Assembly (NCBI GenBank): GCA_017540175.1
Contig: JAFYBN010000008.1
Coordinates: 10,030-74,029, forward strand
DNA: 64,000 nt
Direction of reading: 5' to 3'
DNA from: Clostridia bacterium
GTDB lineage: Bacteria > Bacillota > Clostridia > Oscillospirales > CAG-272
Shown here one piece after another: positions 1-10,241 of this stretch (the first letter of the stretch is position 1; every line of letters starts with the position of its first letter). Under the pieces are notes generated by a model. The model saw nothing but the letters and a program-made list of their open reading frames with translations, had not been told where the DNA came from and did no database searches. The position numbers and the translations under genes are program-made.

Positions 1-830
1 TACCCGGAGCCCATGACGCCTCCGGTTTTCGCGAGATGATCCGCCATGGTCCTCCGGAGTCCCGTATCGCGCGGGAGGGATGCGGGATCGTAGGAATCCC
101 GGTGTCCGAAGACCCGCCACAGATCATGGCTGTTCTTCACGTCCTCGCTGAAGATGATGTCGAAGCGGTCCATGAACGCGCGGATGCGGGAGGTCTGGGG
201 CAGGAAATCATAGTTTCCCCGCCAGAGAAGCCACGAGTCGCAGACGAAGACCGCGGAGCCGGATCTTCCGAAATACCGGTATGCCCTTCGCAGCGCGTCC
301 GTCACGGCGTCCGGGTCGAGCGGGCCGTCCTCGGGGATGTGGATGTTGATGACCTTATCCCCGCCCTTCACCGTCACGCCCGCCTTGGTCCAGATCGCGC
401 CGCGGCGGAAGGGGACCTCGTGGAATTCGAGCCGCCCGAGCCGCACGATGGAGGCGTCGAGGAAGTTGATGAACCAGTTCCATTCGTAAAAGCCGACGTG
501 TCCGCGCTCGCGCATGCAGGTCTTCGACCAGACCGTCAGCTCCCGCATGGAGGCGTAATACACCTCGTCGTCCATGCCGCGGTCCCGGTAAAGCGCATGG
601 GCGCGGAGCCCGAGCAAGAGCCCGACGGCGAGCATCGTGAGATCGCGCTCTGCGCCGAGCTCGTCAGCGAGCGCATGGATCGGCTCGGTCCGGTGAAAGT
701 CCTCTGCGATCTCTTGAAGCCGCTCGGGACAGCTCTGTGCGATCCGACAGGCGACGGGCGCCGCCGCGGCGAGATACTCCGCCGGGAGTCCGATCCGTGC
801 GGCAAGGTCCGCGAGGGATTCGCCGGTCAC
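1..830 (-). CDS. acyltransferase-domain protein (NAT_N/GNAT_C-like), 3' end outside window
   Basis: Not in the ORF track because it has no stop inside the window. My own minus-strand translation is open from 860 down to position 3: ...TDPVTGESLADLAARIGLPAEYL...GFYEWNWFINFLDASIVRLGRLEFHEV...INIHIPEDGPLDPDAV...VFVCDSWLLWRGNYDFLPQTSRIRAFMDRFDII.... Codons are GC3-rich. The start is uncertain (GTG at 828-830 or an internal ATG). The listed + ORF 36..950 is its antisense shadow. Confidence 0.5.
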   Translation of the reverse strand, partial: MTGESLADLAARIGLPAEYLAAAAPVACRIAQSCPERLQEIAEDFHRTEPIHALADELGAERDLTMLAVGLLLGLRAHALYRDRGMDDEVYYASMRELTVWSKTCMRERGHVGFYEWNWFINFLDASIVRLGRLEFHEVPFRRGAIWTKAGVTVKGGDKVINIHIPEDGPLDPDAVTDALRRAYRYFGRSGSAVFVCDSWLLWRGNYDFLPQTSRIRAFMDRFDIIFSEDVKNSHDLWRVFGHRDSYDPASLPRDTGLRRTMADHLAKTGGVMGSG

Positions 831-880
831 GGGATCGGTTTCGGGAAAAACGGGTTTCTTCACACGAGCCGCCCTCCGCG

Positions 881-1954
881 TTATCTCTTTACACGCGCGT
901 TGCCGTTCCAGACCGACCAGACCTGCTCCTCGTCCGCGGGCTGCGCATAGTCGGTGAGGAAGGTGGTCGCGAGCGCGCCGGTCGCCCAGCCGAACTGGAC
1001 CCATTTCTCCGCCTCCCAGCCCTTCAGCATGGCGTAGAGCAATCCGCCCACAAATCCGTCACCGCCGCCGATGCGGTCGAGCACATGGATCGGACGGGGC
1101 TCGGCGATGTGCCATTCGCTGCCGCAGAGCGTGATCGCGCCCCAGATGTGTTCGTTCGCGTTCACGACCTGTCGCAGGGTCGTTGCAAAGACCTCTGCGT
1201 TCGGGAATCTCTCCTTCACGCAGCCGATCATGCCCTTGAAGCTCTCGATCTTGGACGAAAGGTCCTTGCCGCCCGCCTCGGGGCCTTCGATGCCGAGGGC
1301 GAGCTGGAAGTCCTCCTCATTCCCCACGAGGATGTCCGCCGCCTCGGCGATTTCGGTGAACGCGGCGCGGAGCTCTGCCTCGCGGTTCTTCCAGAAGGAG
1401 GCGCGGTAATTGAGGTCGAAAGAGACGACCGTCCCGTATTTCTTCGCGGCTCTGGCGAGCGAGAGGCAGAATTCGGAGGTTTCGGGGGACAGCGCGCCGA
1501 TGAGCCCGGAAAGGTGCAAAATCTGCACGCCCTCTTCGCCGAAGATGCGGTCGACGTCGAAGTCCTTCACGTTCAGCGTCCGTCCGACTTCGCCCGCCCG
1601 GTCGTTCGCCACACGGGGACCGCGGGAGCCGTAACCGGAGTCGCCGATGTTGAACTGGTGGCGATAGCCCCACGGGCCGCCCTGCTCGACCTCGGCGCCC
1701 TCGTAATCGATGCCGCGGGAGCGGAGGTTGCGCTTGATAAAGTCCGCGATCGGGCTGTCCTTGACGAAGGTGGTGAGCACTTTTGTCTTCATGCCGAGGA
1801 AGGCGGCGATGGAGACCACGTTGGACTCCGCGCTCGTCGCGTGCATGAAGAAGGTGTCGGACGCCTGCACCGGCTGTCCGTTCATGGGGCAGATGCGCAC
1901 GCCCATGGAGGTGGGGACGACGATGGCGTATTTGCAGTTTTCTCTGAATTTCAT
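881..1954 (-). CDS. PfkB-family sugar kinase (2-dehydro-3-deoxygluconokinase-like)
   Basis: 357-aa ORF with ATG behind AAGGAGAG. PfkB C-terminal motif VLDRIGGGDGFVGGLLY. Lies 20 nt downstream of gnd on the same strand. Confidence 0.85.
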   Translation of the reverse strand: MKFRENCKYAIVVPTSMGVRICPMNGQPVQASDTFFMHATSAESNVVSIAAFLGMKTKVLTTFVKDSPIADFIKRNLRSRGIDYEGAEVEQGGPWGYRHQFNIGDSGYGSRGPRVANDRAGEVGRTLNVKDFDVDRIFGEEGVQILHLSGLIGALSPETSEFCLSLARAAKKYGTVVSFDLNYRASFWKNREAELRAAFTEIAEAADILVGNEEDFQLALGIEGPEAGGKDLSSKIESFKGMIGCVKERFPNAEVFATTLRQVVNANEHIWGAITLCGSEWHIAEPRPIHVLDRIGGGDGFVGGLLYAMLKGWEAEKWVQFGWATGALATTFLTDYAQPADEEQVWSVWNGNARVKR

Positions 1955-1973
1955 AAGACTCTCCTTTTTGTTC

Positions 1974-3428
<1,455 letters not shown>

Positions 3429-3445
3429 ACGCTTTTCTCCTCGGT

Positions 3446-4309
3446 TCATAGATTCTGTTGTGATGCTTGTTTCGGATCCCGCGCCTTCATGCGCCGGAGC
3501 GTTTCATAGGGGATCTCAAGATTTCCGAGCCCGACGCCGATTTCGATGTGGGGCTTGAACGAGCCGTGAAAATCCGTGCCGCCGGAGAGCTTCAGTGCGT
3601 GTTTTTGAGCCAGCTCCCGGACTTCTTTTTCCATGTCGGGGGTGTAATCGGTATAAAAGCCTTCGAGTCCCGCGAGTCCCTCCGACGCGAGCCGCGCGAC
3701 GAAGGCGTCGAGCTCCTCGGGGGGCTTTTTTGTCAGGTGCAGATGCGCGAGATATGCGTCCCCGCCCGCGTCCCGGATGAGGGAGACCGCCTCGGTGTCG
3801 GTCAGCGCCTGCGATTCGGAATAGGCGGGACAGCCGACGTTGAGCCACGCTGCGAAAGCGTCCTTCGGGCTTTTCGCGTACCCTTTTTCCGTCATGATCC
3901 GCGCGACGTGCGCGCGGCAGAGGATGCCGCCGCCCGCGACGGCTTTCACTTCGTCAAGGCTCACGTCCATGCCGAGCGCTTTCAGCATGCCGCAGGTCTC
4001 GCCGATGCGCTCGGTCCGCACGGCGCGGATGTACCCGACCGCCTCGCGGAGCACGGGGGAATCCGGGTCGATGAAATAGCCGAGGATGTGGGTCTCGGTG
4101 TCCGATTTTGCCGAAAGCTCGATCGCCGGGATCACCTCGAGCCCGATCAGCCTCCCCTCGTCCAGCGCGTCCTTCACGCCGTCCGCGGTATCGTGGTCCG
4201 AGAGCGCGACGGCGGAAAGACCCTTCGCTTTCGCGTAGCGGACGAGCTCGCGCGGGGTCATCGAGCCGTCGGAGCAGGTCGAATGAGTGTGCAGGTCGAT
4301 GCGTTCCAT
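3446..4309 (-). CDS. PHP-domain metal-dependent phosphoesterase (TrpH/YciV-like)
   Basis: MERIDLHTHSTCSDGSMTPRELVRYAKAKGLSAVALSDHDT is the typical PHP N-terminus. Start trimmed to ATG 4309, 1 nt after the upstream gene's stop (4311-4313). Confidence 0.8.
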   Translation of the reverse strand: MERIDLHTHSTCSDGSMTPRELVRYAKAKGLSAVALSDHDTADGVKDALDEGRLIGLEVIPAIELSAKSDTETHILGYFIDPDSPVLREAVGYIRAVRTERIGETCGMLKALGMDVSLDEVKAVAGGGILCRAHVARIMTEKGYAKSPKDAFAAWLNVGCPAYSESQALTDTEAVSLIRDAGGDAYLAHLHLTKKPPEELDAFVARLASEGLAGLEGFYTDYTPDMEKEVRELAQKHALKLSGGTDFHGSFKPHIEIGVGLGNLEIPYETLRRMKARDPKQASQQNL

Positions 4310-4310
4310 C

Positions 4311-5558
4311 TCACACGCTCCAGAGTCCGAGCGCGGGATTTGAGATATAGTAGAACCTCTCCCCGTCCGCCTCATTCCAGCCGTCTCTCAGAACGGCGGG
4401 ATCGTACTTCGCCGCTTCCTCCTTGTACGGACGCCAGCCGAATGCGACGCCCTCGACCTCTTCCCCGGAAAGAAGCTCGGTGCAGTAGGTAACGGAGAAG
4501 CGGCCGTCGGACGAGCCGTGGATGAGATGCGCCGCGACGGAGAGATTGGCCTTCAGGTCGGCATTTGCGGGATCGTTCACGAGCTCGAGCACGCGCTCGC
4601 GCCCCACATAGCCGTATTTGCGGATGAGGCGGTCGTTTTCCGCGTCCTCGCCGAATTTCACGACGCCGGGCGCGAGCACGATCAGTTCCCCGCCGTCCGC
4701 CATCGCGAGCCGGGTGCGGTAGACCGCCTTGTTGCCGAGCCAGGTGCTCTTGAATTCGCGGGGGTCCAGATAGACCACGCATTTTTCGATCGGTTCACCG
4801 ACGCGGATGAGATTGAGCTCTTGGCTGTGCTCCACCGCCTGCTCGAAGACCGAGCGCTCCCTGCCGACATAGAGTCCGTGGATCAGGGTTTTGTCTCCCT
4901 CGTTTGTCGTGCAGGTAAGCAGGTAGAGGATCGGGATATCTTTGAGGAAGTGTTCTTCCGCGTAGTCGAACACGCGGCGCACGGGGGAGAAGTCCCGTCC
5001 CATGATGCGCTCGAGCCCGTAGAACGCGCCGAGCATGTGGGAGGAGTTGATCATGGACGAGCCGCCGCAGCCGACGAAGATGTTCTTCGAGTAGTTCGCC
5101 ATGCCCACGACCTCGTGGGGGACGACCTGTCCAATGGAGAGGATGCGGTCGTAGCCGCCGTCGATCAGGATGTGGTTGACCTCGGCGTCGATCTTCTCGT
5201 TCACGAGCCCTTCCGACACCTCGGCAACGAACTGTGCGGGGACCTCGCCGATCTTCACGACGTCCTGCCGCCAGTTGTGGACGATGAGCTTTTCGTAGTC
5301 CACCCTGCCCTCGAAAAAGGCGTCGCACTCCTCCTTCGTCATGGGGGCGTGGGTGCCGAGCGCGGGCATCACGTCGATCTCGCAGGAATCGCCGAGCAAA
5401 TCGAAAATCATCGCGGTGAGCTTGCCCGCGCCGGAATACAGTCTAGTATAGTCGGGGGGCAGGATCAGGATTTTTGAGCCGCGAAGGGAGCCGAGCTGTT
5501 CCTCGAGCGCCTGTCTGAGGCTCTCGTCGCTGAGTCCGTTTTTGCTTCTGTAAAACAT
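4311..5558 (-). CDS. LarA-family (DUF2088) nickel-pincer-dependent 2-hydroxyacid racemase/epimerase homologue
   Basis: Aligns from memory to L. plantarum LarA. GTHAP matches the His108 region. PHEVVGMANYSK matches His174..Lys184 with identical 10-residue spacing. SSHML matches the His200 region. Start trimmed to ATG 5558 (MFYRSKNG...) behind GAAAGGAAG. Confidence 0.7.
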   Translation of the reverse strand: MFYRSKNGLSDESLRQALEEQLGSLRGSKILILPPDYTRLYSGAGKLTAMIFDLLGDSCEIDVMPALGTHAPMTKEECDAFFEGRVDYEKLIVHNWRQDVVKIGEVPAQFVAEVSEGLVNEKIDAEVNHILIDGGYDRILSIGQVVPHEVVGMANYSKNIFVGCGGSSMINSSHMLGAFYGLERIMGRDFSPVRRVFDYAEEHFLKDIPILYLLTCTTNEGDKTLIHGLYVGRERSVFEQAVEHSQELNLIRVGEPIEKCVVYLDPREFKSTWLGNKAVYRTRLAMADGGELIVLAPGVVKFGEDAENDRLIRKYGYVGRERVLELVNDPANADLKANLSVAAHLIHGSSDGRFSVTYCTELLSGEEVEGVAFGWRPYKEEAAKYDPAVLRDGWNEADGERFYYISNPALGLWSV

Positions 5559-5745
5559 GAGCGCTTCCTTTCGGATGTTATGCCGTATTATCTCATTGTA
5601 TATTGTATCATCCGGACGGCCGCTTGTCAAGAACATGAAGAACTTTTTGCTCTCCGGCGCAGAATTGACGGGTACGGCGGGCGGATTGTGCATTGTGCAA
5701 GGGAACGCCTCATAAGAGAGGGATGAAATTTTACCTCTCTGCGCC

Positions 5746-5774
5746 TTGACGAAACGGCGCGAATCCGGTATAAT
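5746..5774 (+). promoter_or_regulatory. sigma-A type promoter of the pur operon
   Basis: TTGACG (5746-5751), 17-nt spacer, TATAAT (5769-5774), directly upstream of the riboswitch. Confidence 0.6.
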
Positions 5775-5785
5775 AGAAGGCAGAA

Positions 5786-5873
5786 AAGCTTTCTGTGACT
5801 GACGGATGATGCGGAATAGACCGCGTGAAGCAGAAAGCGTTTGCTCCTATGAGCAGCCGACCGTCTGGGCATG
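5786..5873 (+). promoter_or_regulatory. ZTP (pfl motif) riboswitch aptamer
   Basis: P1 GCUUUCUG (5788-5795) pairs with CAGAAAGC (5831-5838). Conserved UGACUGACGG is present. P2 is GCGG...CCGC and P3 is GCUC-cuau-GAGC. The 3' element GCCGACCGUCUGGGC is near-identical to the Fusobacterium ulcerans ZTP sequence I recall. Pseudoknot GACGG (5801-5805) pairs with CCGUC (5861-5865). Located upstream of purine biosynthesis genes as expected. Confidence 0.85.
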
Positions 5874-5905
5874 TAATTCCGCGGGTGAATTATGTGCTTT
5901 TTTTG
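5869..5905 (+). terminator. intrinsic terminator (riboswitch expression platform)
   Basis: GCAUGUAAUU (5869-5878) pairs with AAUUAUGUGC (5888-5897), a 10-bp stem including two G-U pairs, followed by UUUUUUU. The 5' arm abuts or overlaps the conserved CUGGGC of the aptamer. Confidence 0.65.
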
Positions 5906-5973
5906 TTTCGATCCCGCGCCGCGGAGCCGGACGAGCCGCCGTCCTCCCGCGTCGTCCATGCGGCGGAGAAAGG

Positions 5974-6471
5974 ATGAGACCTATGAAAAAAGCTGCAGTC
6001 ATCATGGGCAGCGACAGCGATCTGCCCGTCGTCGAAAAAGCGTTCGCCGTGCTGCGCGATCTCGGCATTCCCTTTGAGGCGCGCGTCATGAGCGCGCACC
6101 GGACCCCGGAGGACGTCGCGTCCTTTGTGGGCGGCGCGAAGGATAACGGCTTCGGCGTCATCATCGCCTGCGCGGGCATGGCTGCGCATCTCGCGGGCGT
6201 GTGCGCGGCGGCGACCACCCTGCCCGTCATCGGCGTTCCGATCAAGGGCGGCATGCTCGACGGACTCGACGCGCTTCTTTCGACCGTTCAGATGCCGACG
6301 GGCATTCCCGTGGCGACGGTCGCCATGAACGGAGCCGCAAACGCCGCCATCCTCGCCGCAGAGATCCTCGCGCTCTCGGACGACGGCCTCGCCGAAGCGC
6401 TTTTCGAAATGCGCAAAGCGGGCGCGGACAAGGTGCGCGCGAAGGACAAGACGCTCGCCCAGTCCCTGTAA
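5974..6471 (+). CDS. purE: 5-(carboxyamino)imidazole ribonucleotide mutase (PurE)
   Basis: MKKAAVIMGSDSDLPVV...SAHRTPE...ACAGMAAHLAG...VIGVP are PurE hallmarks. The track ORF (from 5806) is over-extended. Plausible starts are ATG 5974 or ATG 5983, behind GGAGAAAGG. Confidence 0.9.
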   Translation: MRPMKKAAVIMGSDSDLPVVEKAFAVLRDLGIPFEARVMSAHRTPEDVASFVGGAKDNGFGVIIACAGMAAHLAGVCAAATTLPVIGVPIKGGMLDGLDALLSTVQMPTGIPVATVAMNGAANAAILAAEILALSDDGLAEALFEMRKAGADKVRAKDKTLAQSL

Positions 6472-6480
6472 CCGACGGGG

Positions 6481-6512
6481 CTCCCGAAACAAAGCCCGGC
6501 AAAGAACCTTTC
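6481..6512 (+). repeat. weak third copy of the short intergenic hairpin-GGCAAAGAAC element
   Basis: GGGGCTCCCGAAACAAAGCCCGGCAAAGAACCTTT lies just 3' of the purE stop. It shares the hairpin plus AAAGCC(T/C)GGCAAAGAAC(T/C)TT core with the copies at 36325 and 45814. Confidence 0.35.
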
Positions 6513-6569
6513 CGAAGCGTTTTCAGCGCTTGATCAGGATCAATCCAACTCACAGGAGACAGATCGGAT

Positions 6570-7619
6570 ATGAAAAGTTACAGCGAAGCTTATAAGAACG
6601 CCGGGGTCGACATCACCGCCGGTTACGCCGCCGTGGAACTCATGAAATCCCATATCGCACGCACCGTCGTACCGGGCGTGTGCGACAAGATCGGAGGGTT
6701 CGGCGGTATTTTTGATCTCGGACTCGTTATGGAAAAATACGGGGTGACAAATCCCCTGCTCGTCTCGGGCACGGACGGCGTGGGCACGAAGCTCCGCATC
6801 GCGTTCCTCATGGACAAGCACGACACCGTGGGGATCGACTGCGTGGCGATGTGCGTCAACGACATCATCTGCTGCGGCGCGCGTCCCCTCGTCTTCCTCG
6901 ACTACATCGCCTGCGGCAAGAACGTCCCCGAAAAGATCGCCGCGATCGTCTCCGGCGTCGCGGACGGCTGCGTTCAGGGCGGCTGCGCCCTTGTGGGCGG
7001 CGAGACCGCGGAAATGCCCGGCTTCTATCCCGAGGACGAATACGACCTCGCTGGGTACGCCTGCGGCATTGTCGACCGCGGCCGCGTGATCGACAAGGAA
7101 AACGTGAAGCCCGGCGACGTCATCCTCGCCTTGCCCTCCTCCGGCGTGCACTCCAACGGCTTCTCCCTCGTGCGCAAGGTGTTCGACATCGAAAATCGCG
7201 ATATCAAAGCACCCGTCGCCGAGCTCGGCGGCAGATCCCTCGGCGAGGTCCTGCTTACCCCGACGAAGATTTATGTCAAGCCCATGCTCGCGCTGATGGA
7301 CGAGGTCGGCGTGAAGGGTGTGTCCCACATCACGGGCGGCGGGTTCTACGAGAATATTCCGCGCTCCCTGCCGGCGGGCTGTTCCGCGAAGATCGAAAGA
7401 GCCGCGGTGAAGACCCTGCCGATCTTCTCCCTCATCGCGAAGGTGGGCGGCATCTCCGAGCGGGATATGTTCAACACCTTCAACATGGGCGTGGGCATGA
7501 CCGTCATCGTCGCGCGGGAAGACGCGGACCGCGCGCTCGGCATCCTCCGCGACAACGGTGAGGACGCTTATCTGCTCGGCGAGGTCGTCTCCTCCGACGA
7601 GGGCGTCATCCTCGCGTAA
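6570..7619 (+). CDS. purM: phosphoribosylformylglycinamidine cyclo-ligase (AIR synthetase)
   Basis: 349 aa with full-length PurM similarity (…VSGTDGVGTKL…, …GGETAEMPG…). Confidence 0.95.
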   Translation: MKSYSEAYKNAGVDITAGYAAVELMKSHIARTVVPGVCDKIGGFGGIFDLGLVMEKYGVTNPLLVSGTDGVGTKLRIAFLMDKHDTVGIDCVAMCVNDIICCGARPLVFLDYIACGKNVPEKIAAIVSGVADGCVQGGCALVGGETAEMPGFYPEDEYDLAGYACGIVDRGRVIDKENVKPGDVILALPSSGVHSNGFSLVRKVFDIENRDIKAPVAELGGRSLGEVLLTPTKIYVKPMLALMDEVGVKGVSHITGGGFYENIPRSLPAGCSAKIERAAVKTLPIFSLIAKVGGISERDMFNTFNMGVGMTVIVAREDADRALGILRDNGEDAYLLGEVVSSDEGVILA

Positions 7620-7630
7620 AGGAGCGGTAT

Positions 7631-8233
7631 ATGGAAAAAATCAAAATCGCCGTCTTCGTATCCGGGGGCGGCACGAACCTCGAGGCCATTCTGAAGGCGT
7701 CCGAGGCGGGCAAGATCCCGCACGGGGAAATCGCCCTTGTGCTCGCGTCGAAGCCCGGCGTTTACGCGCTGGAGCGGGCGAAGAACCACGGGATCGAATC
7801 GGTCGTCGTTTCGCGGCGGGATGATCCCGAGAGCTTCGAGGACCGCATCGAAAAGGAGCTCTCAGCCCGCGGCATCGGCATGATCGTGCTCGCCGGGTTC
7901 CTCTCCATTCTGAACGCGGACTTCACCGACCGCTGGGACGGCAAGATCATCAACGTCCACCCCGCCCTCATCCCCTCGTTCTGCGGCAAGGGCTTTTACG
8001 GACTCCGCGTCCACGAGGCGGCGCTGGACTACGGCGTCAAGGTCACGGGCGCGACGGTGCACTACGTCAACTCCGTTCCCGACGGCGGAAAGATCATCCT
8101 TCAGAAGGCGGTCTATGTCGAGGACGGCGACACGCCGGAGATTCTGCAGCGACGCGTCATGGAGCAGGCGGAATGGGAAATTCTGCCGAAAGCCGTGGAG
8201 ATCGTTGCCGAAAAGCTCGCGGGCGCAGAGTAA
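7631..8233 (+). CDS. purN: phosphoribosylglycinamide formyltransferase
   Basis: 200 aa. KIAVFVSGGGTNLEAIL and …INVHPALIPSFCG… formyltransferase motifs. RBS AAAGGAG. Confidence 0.95.
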   Translation: MEKIKIAVFVSGGGTNLEAILKASEAGKIPHGEIALVLASKPGVYALERAKNHGIESVVVSRRDDPESFEDRIEKELSARGIGMIVLAGFLSILNADFTDRWDGKIINVHPALIPSFCGKGFYGLRVHEAALDYGVKVTGATVHYVNSVPDGGKIILQKAVYVEDGDTPEILQRRVMEQAEWEILPKAVEIVAEKLAGAE

Positions 8234-8297
8234 CGCCCGTTTTCCCCCGCGCCTCATTCCCGGTCAATAATCCTTCATCAAATATAAGGAGAATCTC

Positions 8298-9017
8298 ATG
8301 GACATCTACAAAACCTCTCCCATCGCATCCCTGCTCTCCGGCAACCCCTACCCGGGCCGCGGCATCATGATCGGCATGACGCCCGACGGAAAGAAAGCCG
8401 CGTTCGCCTATTTCATCATGGGCCGCAGCGAGAACAGCCGCAACCGCGTATTCGTCAAGGAAGGTCTTGATCTGAGAACCGCTCCTTACGACGCGTCGAA
8501 GGTGAAGGATCCCTCTCTCATCATCTACTACCCCGTCCGCGACCTCGGGAAGACCGTCGTCGTCACCAACGGCGACCAGACCGACACGATCCGCGACTTT
8601 CTGCTGAGCGGCTCGACCTTTGAAGCCGCGCTGGACACCCGGACCTTCGAGCCGGACGGCCCGAACTGGACGCCCCGCATTTCGGGCATCCTGTACCACG
8701 GCGCGGGCACGCTGCGCTACAAGCTGAACATTCTGAAATCCCTTGACGCGGAGGGTTCCGACTGCGTCCGCGAGACCTTCTCCTACACGGCTAAGCCGGG
8801 GCTCGGGCACTTTCTTCATACCTATGTGACGGACGGCAATCCCATTCCGACCTTCCAGGGCGAGCCGGAACGGATCGAGATCCCCGCCTGCGTCAACTGC
8901 CTGACGGAAGAGATCTGGTCGAACCTCGACGAAAACAACAAGATCTCCCTCTACGTCCGCACGACCGATCTCGAAACGGGCGAGATCAAGGAACGTCTCA
9001 TCAACAGATACGAATAA
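8298..9017 (+). CDS. purO: IMP cyclohydrolase, archaeal PurO type
   Basis: 239 aa. NPYPGRGIMIGMTPDGKKAAFAYFIMGRSENSRNR... matches my recollection of the PurO family. RBS AAGGAGA. Sits between purN and the AICARFT gene. Confidence 0.8.
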   Translation: MDIYKTSPIASLLSGNPYPGRGIMIGMTPDGKKAAFAYFIMGRSENSRNRVFVKEGLDLRTAPYDASKVKDPSLIIYYPVRDLGKTVVVTNGDQTDTIRDFLLSGSTFEAALDTRTFEPDGPNWTPRISGILYHGAGTLRYKLNILKSLDAEGSDCVRETFSYTAKPGLGHFLHTYVTDGNPIPTFQGEPERIEIPACVNCLTEEIWSNLDENNKISLYVRTTDLETGEIKERLINRYE

Positions 9018-9030
9018 ATCGGAGGATGAC

Positions 9031-10215
9031 ATGAAAGAATTCGAACTGAAATACGGCTGCAACCCCAACCAGAAGCCCGCGAAGATCTATATGCGGGACG
9101 GGAGCGAGCTCCCCATCGAAATCCTGAACGGCAGACCCGGTTATATCAACTTCCTCGACGCATTCAACTCCTGGCAGCTTGTGATGGAGCTGAAGGAGGC
9201 GACGGGCATCGTGTGCGCGACCTCCTTCAAGCACGTCTCCCCCACCTCCGCCGCGCTCGGCTTCCCGCTCTCCGACGATCTCAAAAAAGCCTGCTTTGTC
9301 GACGACATCGAAGGGCTTGACGAATCCCCGCTCGCCTGCGCGTACGCGAGAGCCCGCGGCACCGACCGCATGTCCTCCTTCGGCGACTGGATCGCCCTTT
9401 CCGATCCCTGCGACGTCACGACCGCGAAGCTCATCAAGCGCGAGGTCTCGGACGGCATCATCGCCCCCGGCTACGATCCCGAGGCGCTCGAAATCCTCAA
9501 ATCGAAGAAGAAGGGCGCGTACAACATCGTAAAGATCGACCCGAACTACCGCCCCGCGGAAATCGAAACGAAGGAAGTCTTCGGCGTCACCTTCGAGCAG
9601 GGGCACAACAACTACAAAATCTCCGCCGACGTGCTCTCGAACGTCGTCACGGCGAACAAGGAGATCCCCAAGGACGCGAAGCTGAACCTCATCGTCGCGC
9701 TCATCACCCTGAAATACACCCAGTCGAACAGCGTGTGCTATGCCGTCGACGGGCAGGCCATCGGCGTGGGCGCGGGTCAGCAGTCGAGAATCCACTGCAC
9801 GCGGCTTGCCGGCAACAAGGCGGACATCTGGCATCTGCACCGCCATCCGAAGGTCCTCGGTCTTCCCTTCCTTCCTACGCTCGGCAGACCCGACCGTGAC
9901 AATGTGATCGACGTGTATATCTCCGACCAGAGCGAGGACGTGCTCGGCGACGACGTGTGGGCGAATTACTTCACGACCCGTCCCGAACCGCTCACCAAGG
10001 AGGAGAAGAGAGCGTATCTCGATTCGCTCACCGGCGTCGCCCTCGCCTCCGACGCTTTCTTCCCGTTCGGCGACAACATCGAGCGCGCCCGCCGCTCCGG
10101 CGTCTCCTACATCGCGGAACCCGGCGGCTCCATCCGCGACGACCAGGTCATCGAGACCTGCGACAAATACGGCATCGCCATGGCGTTCACGGGCATGCGC
10201 CTCTTCCATCATTAA
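9031..10215 (+). CDS. purH: AICAR formyltransferase (PurH C-terminal domain only, no MGS-like IMPCH domain)
   Basis: 394 aa starting MKEFELKYGCNPNQ. …GVGAGQQSRIHCTRLA… and …ASDAFFPF…EPGGSIRD… are AICARFT motifs. The N-terminal IMP cyclohydrolase domain of bifunctional PurH is absent. Confidence 0.88.
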   Translation: MKEFELKYGCNPNQKPAKIYMRDGSELPIEILNGRPGYINFLDAFNSWQLVMELKEATGIVCATSFKHVSPTSAALGFPLSDDLKKACFVDDIEGLDESPLACAYARARGTDRMSSFGDWIALSDPCDVTTAKLIKREVSDGIIAPGYDPEALEILKSKKKGAYNIVKIDPNYRPAEIETKEVFGVTFEQGHNNYKISADVLSNVVTANKEIPKDAKLNLIVALITLKYTQSNSVCYAVDGQAIGVGAGQQSRIHCTRLAGNKADIWHLHRHPKVLGLPFLPTLGRPDRDNVIDVYISDQSEDVLGDDVWANYFTTRPEPLTKEEKRAYLDSLTGVALASDAFFPFGDNIERARRSGVSYIAEPGGSIRDDQVIETCDKYGIAMAFTGMRLFHH

Positions 10216-10241
10216 GACCGATTGAGTCGGGAGACTGATTT

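Noticed and set aside
36-950. 304-aa + strand ORF at the left edge
   Set aside because: It has an Arg/Gly/Asp/His-rich, repetitive composition typical of an antisense frame in GC-rich DNA. The opposite strand encodes a well-behaved acyltransferase-like sequence across the same span.
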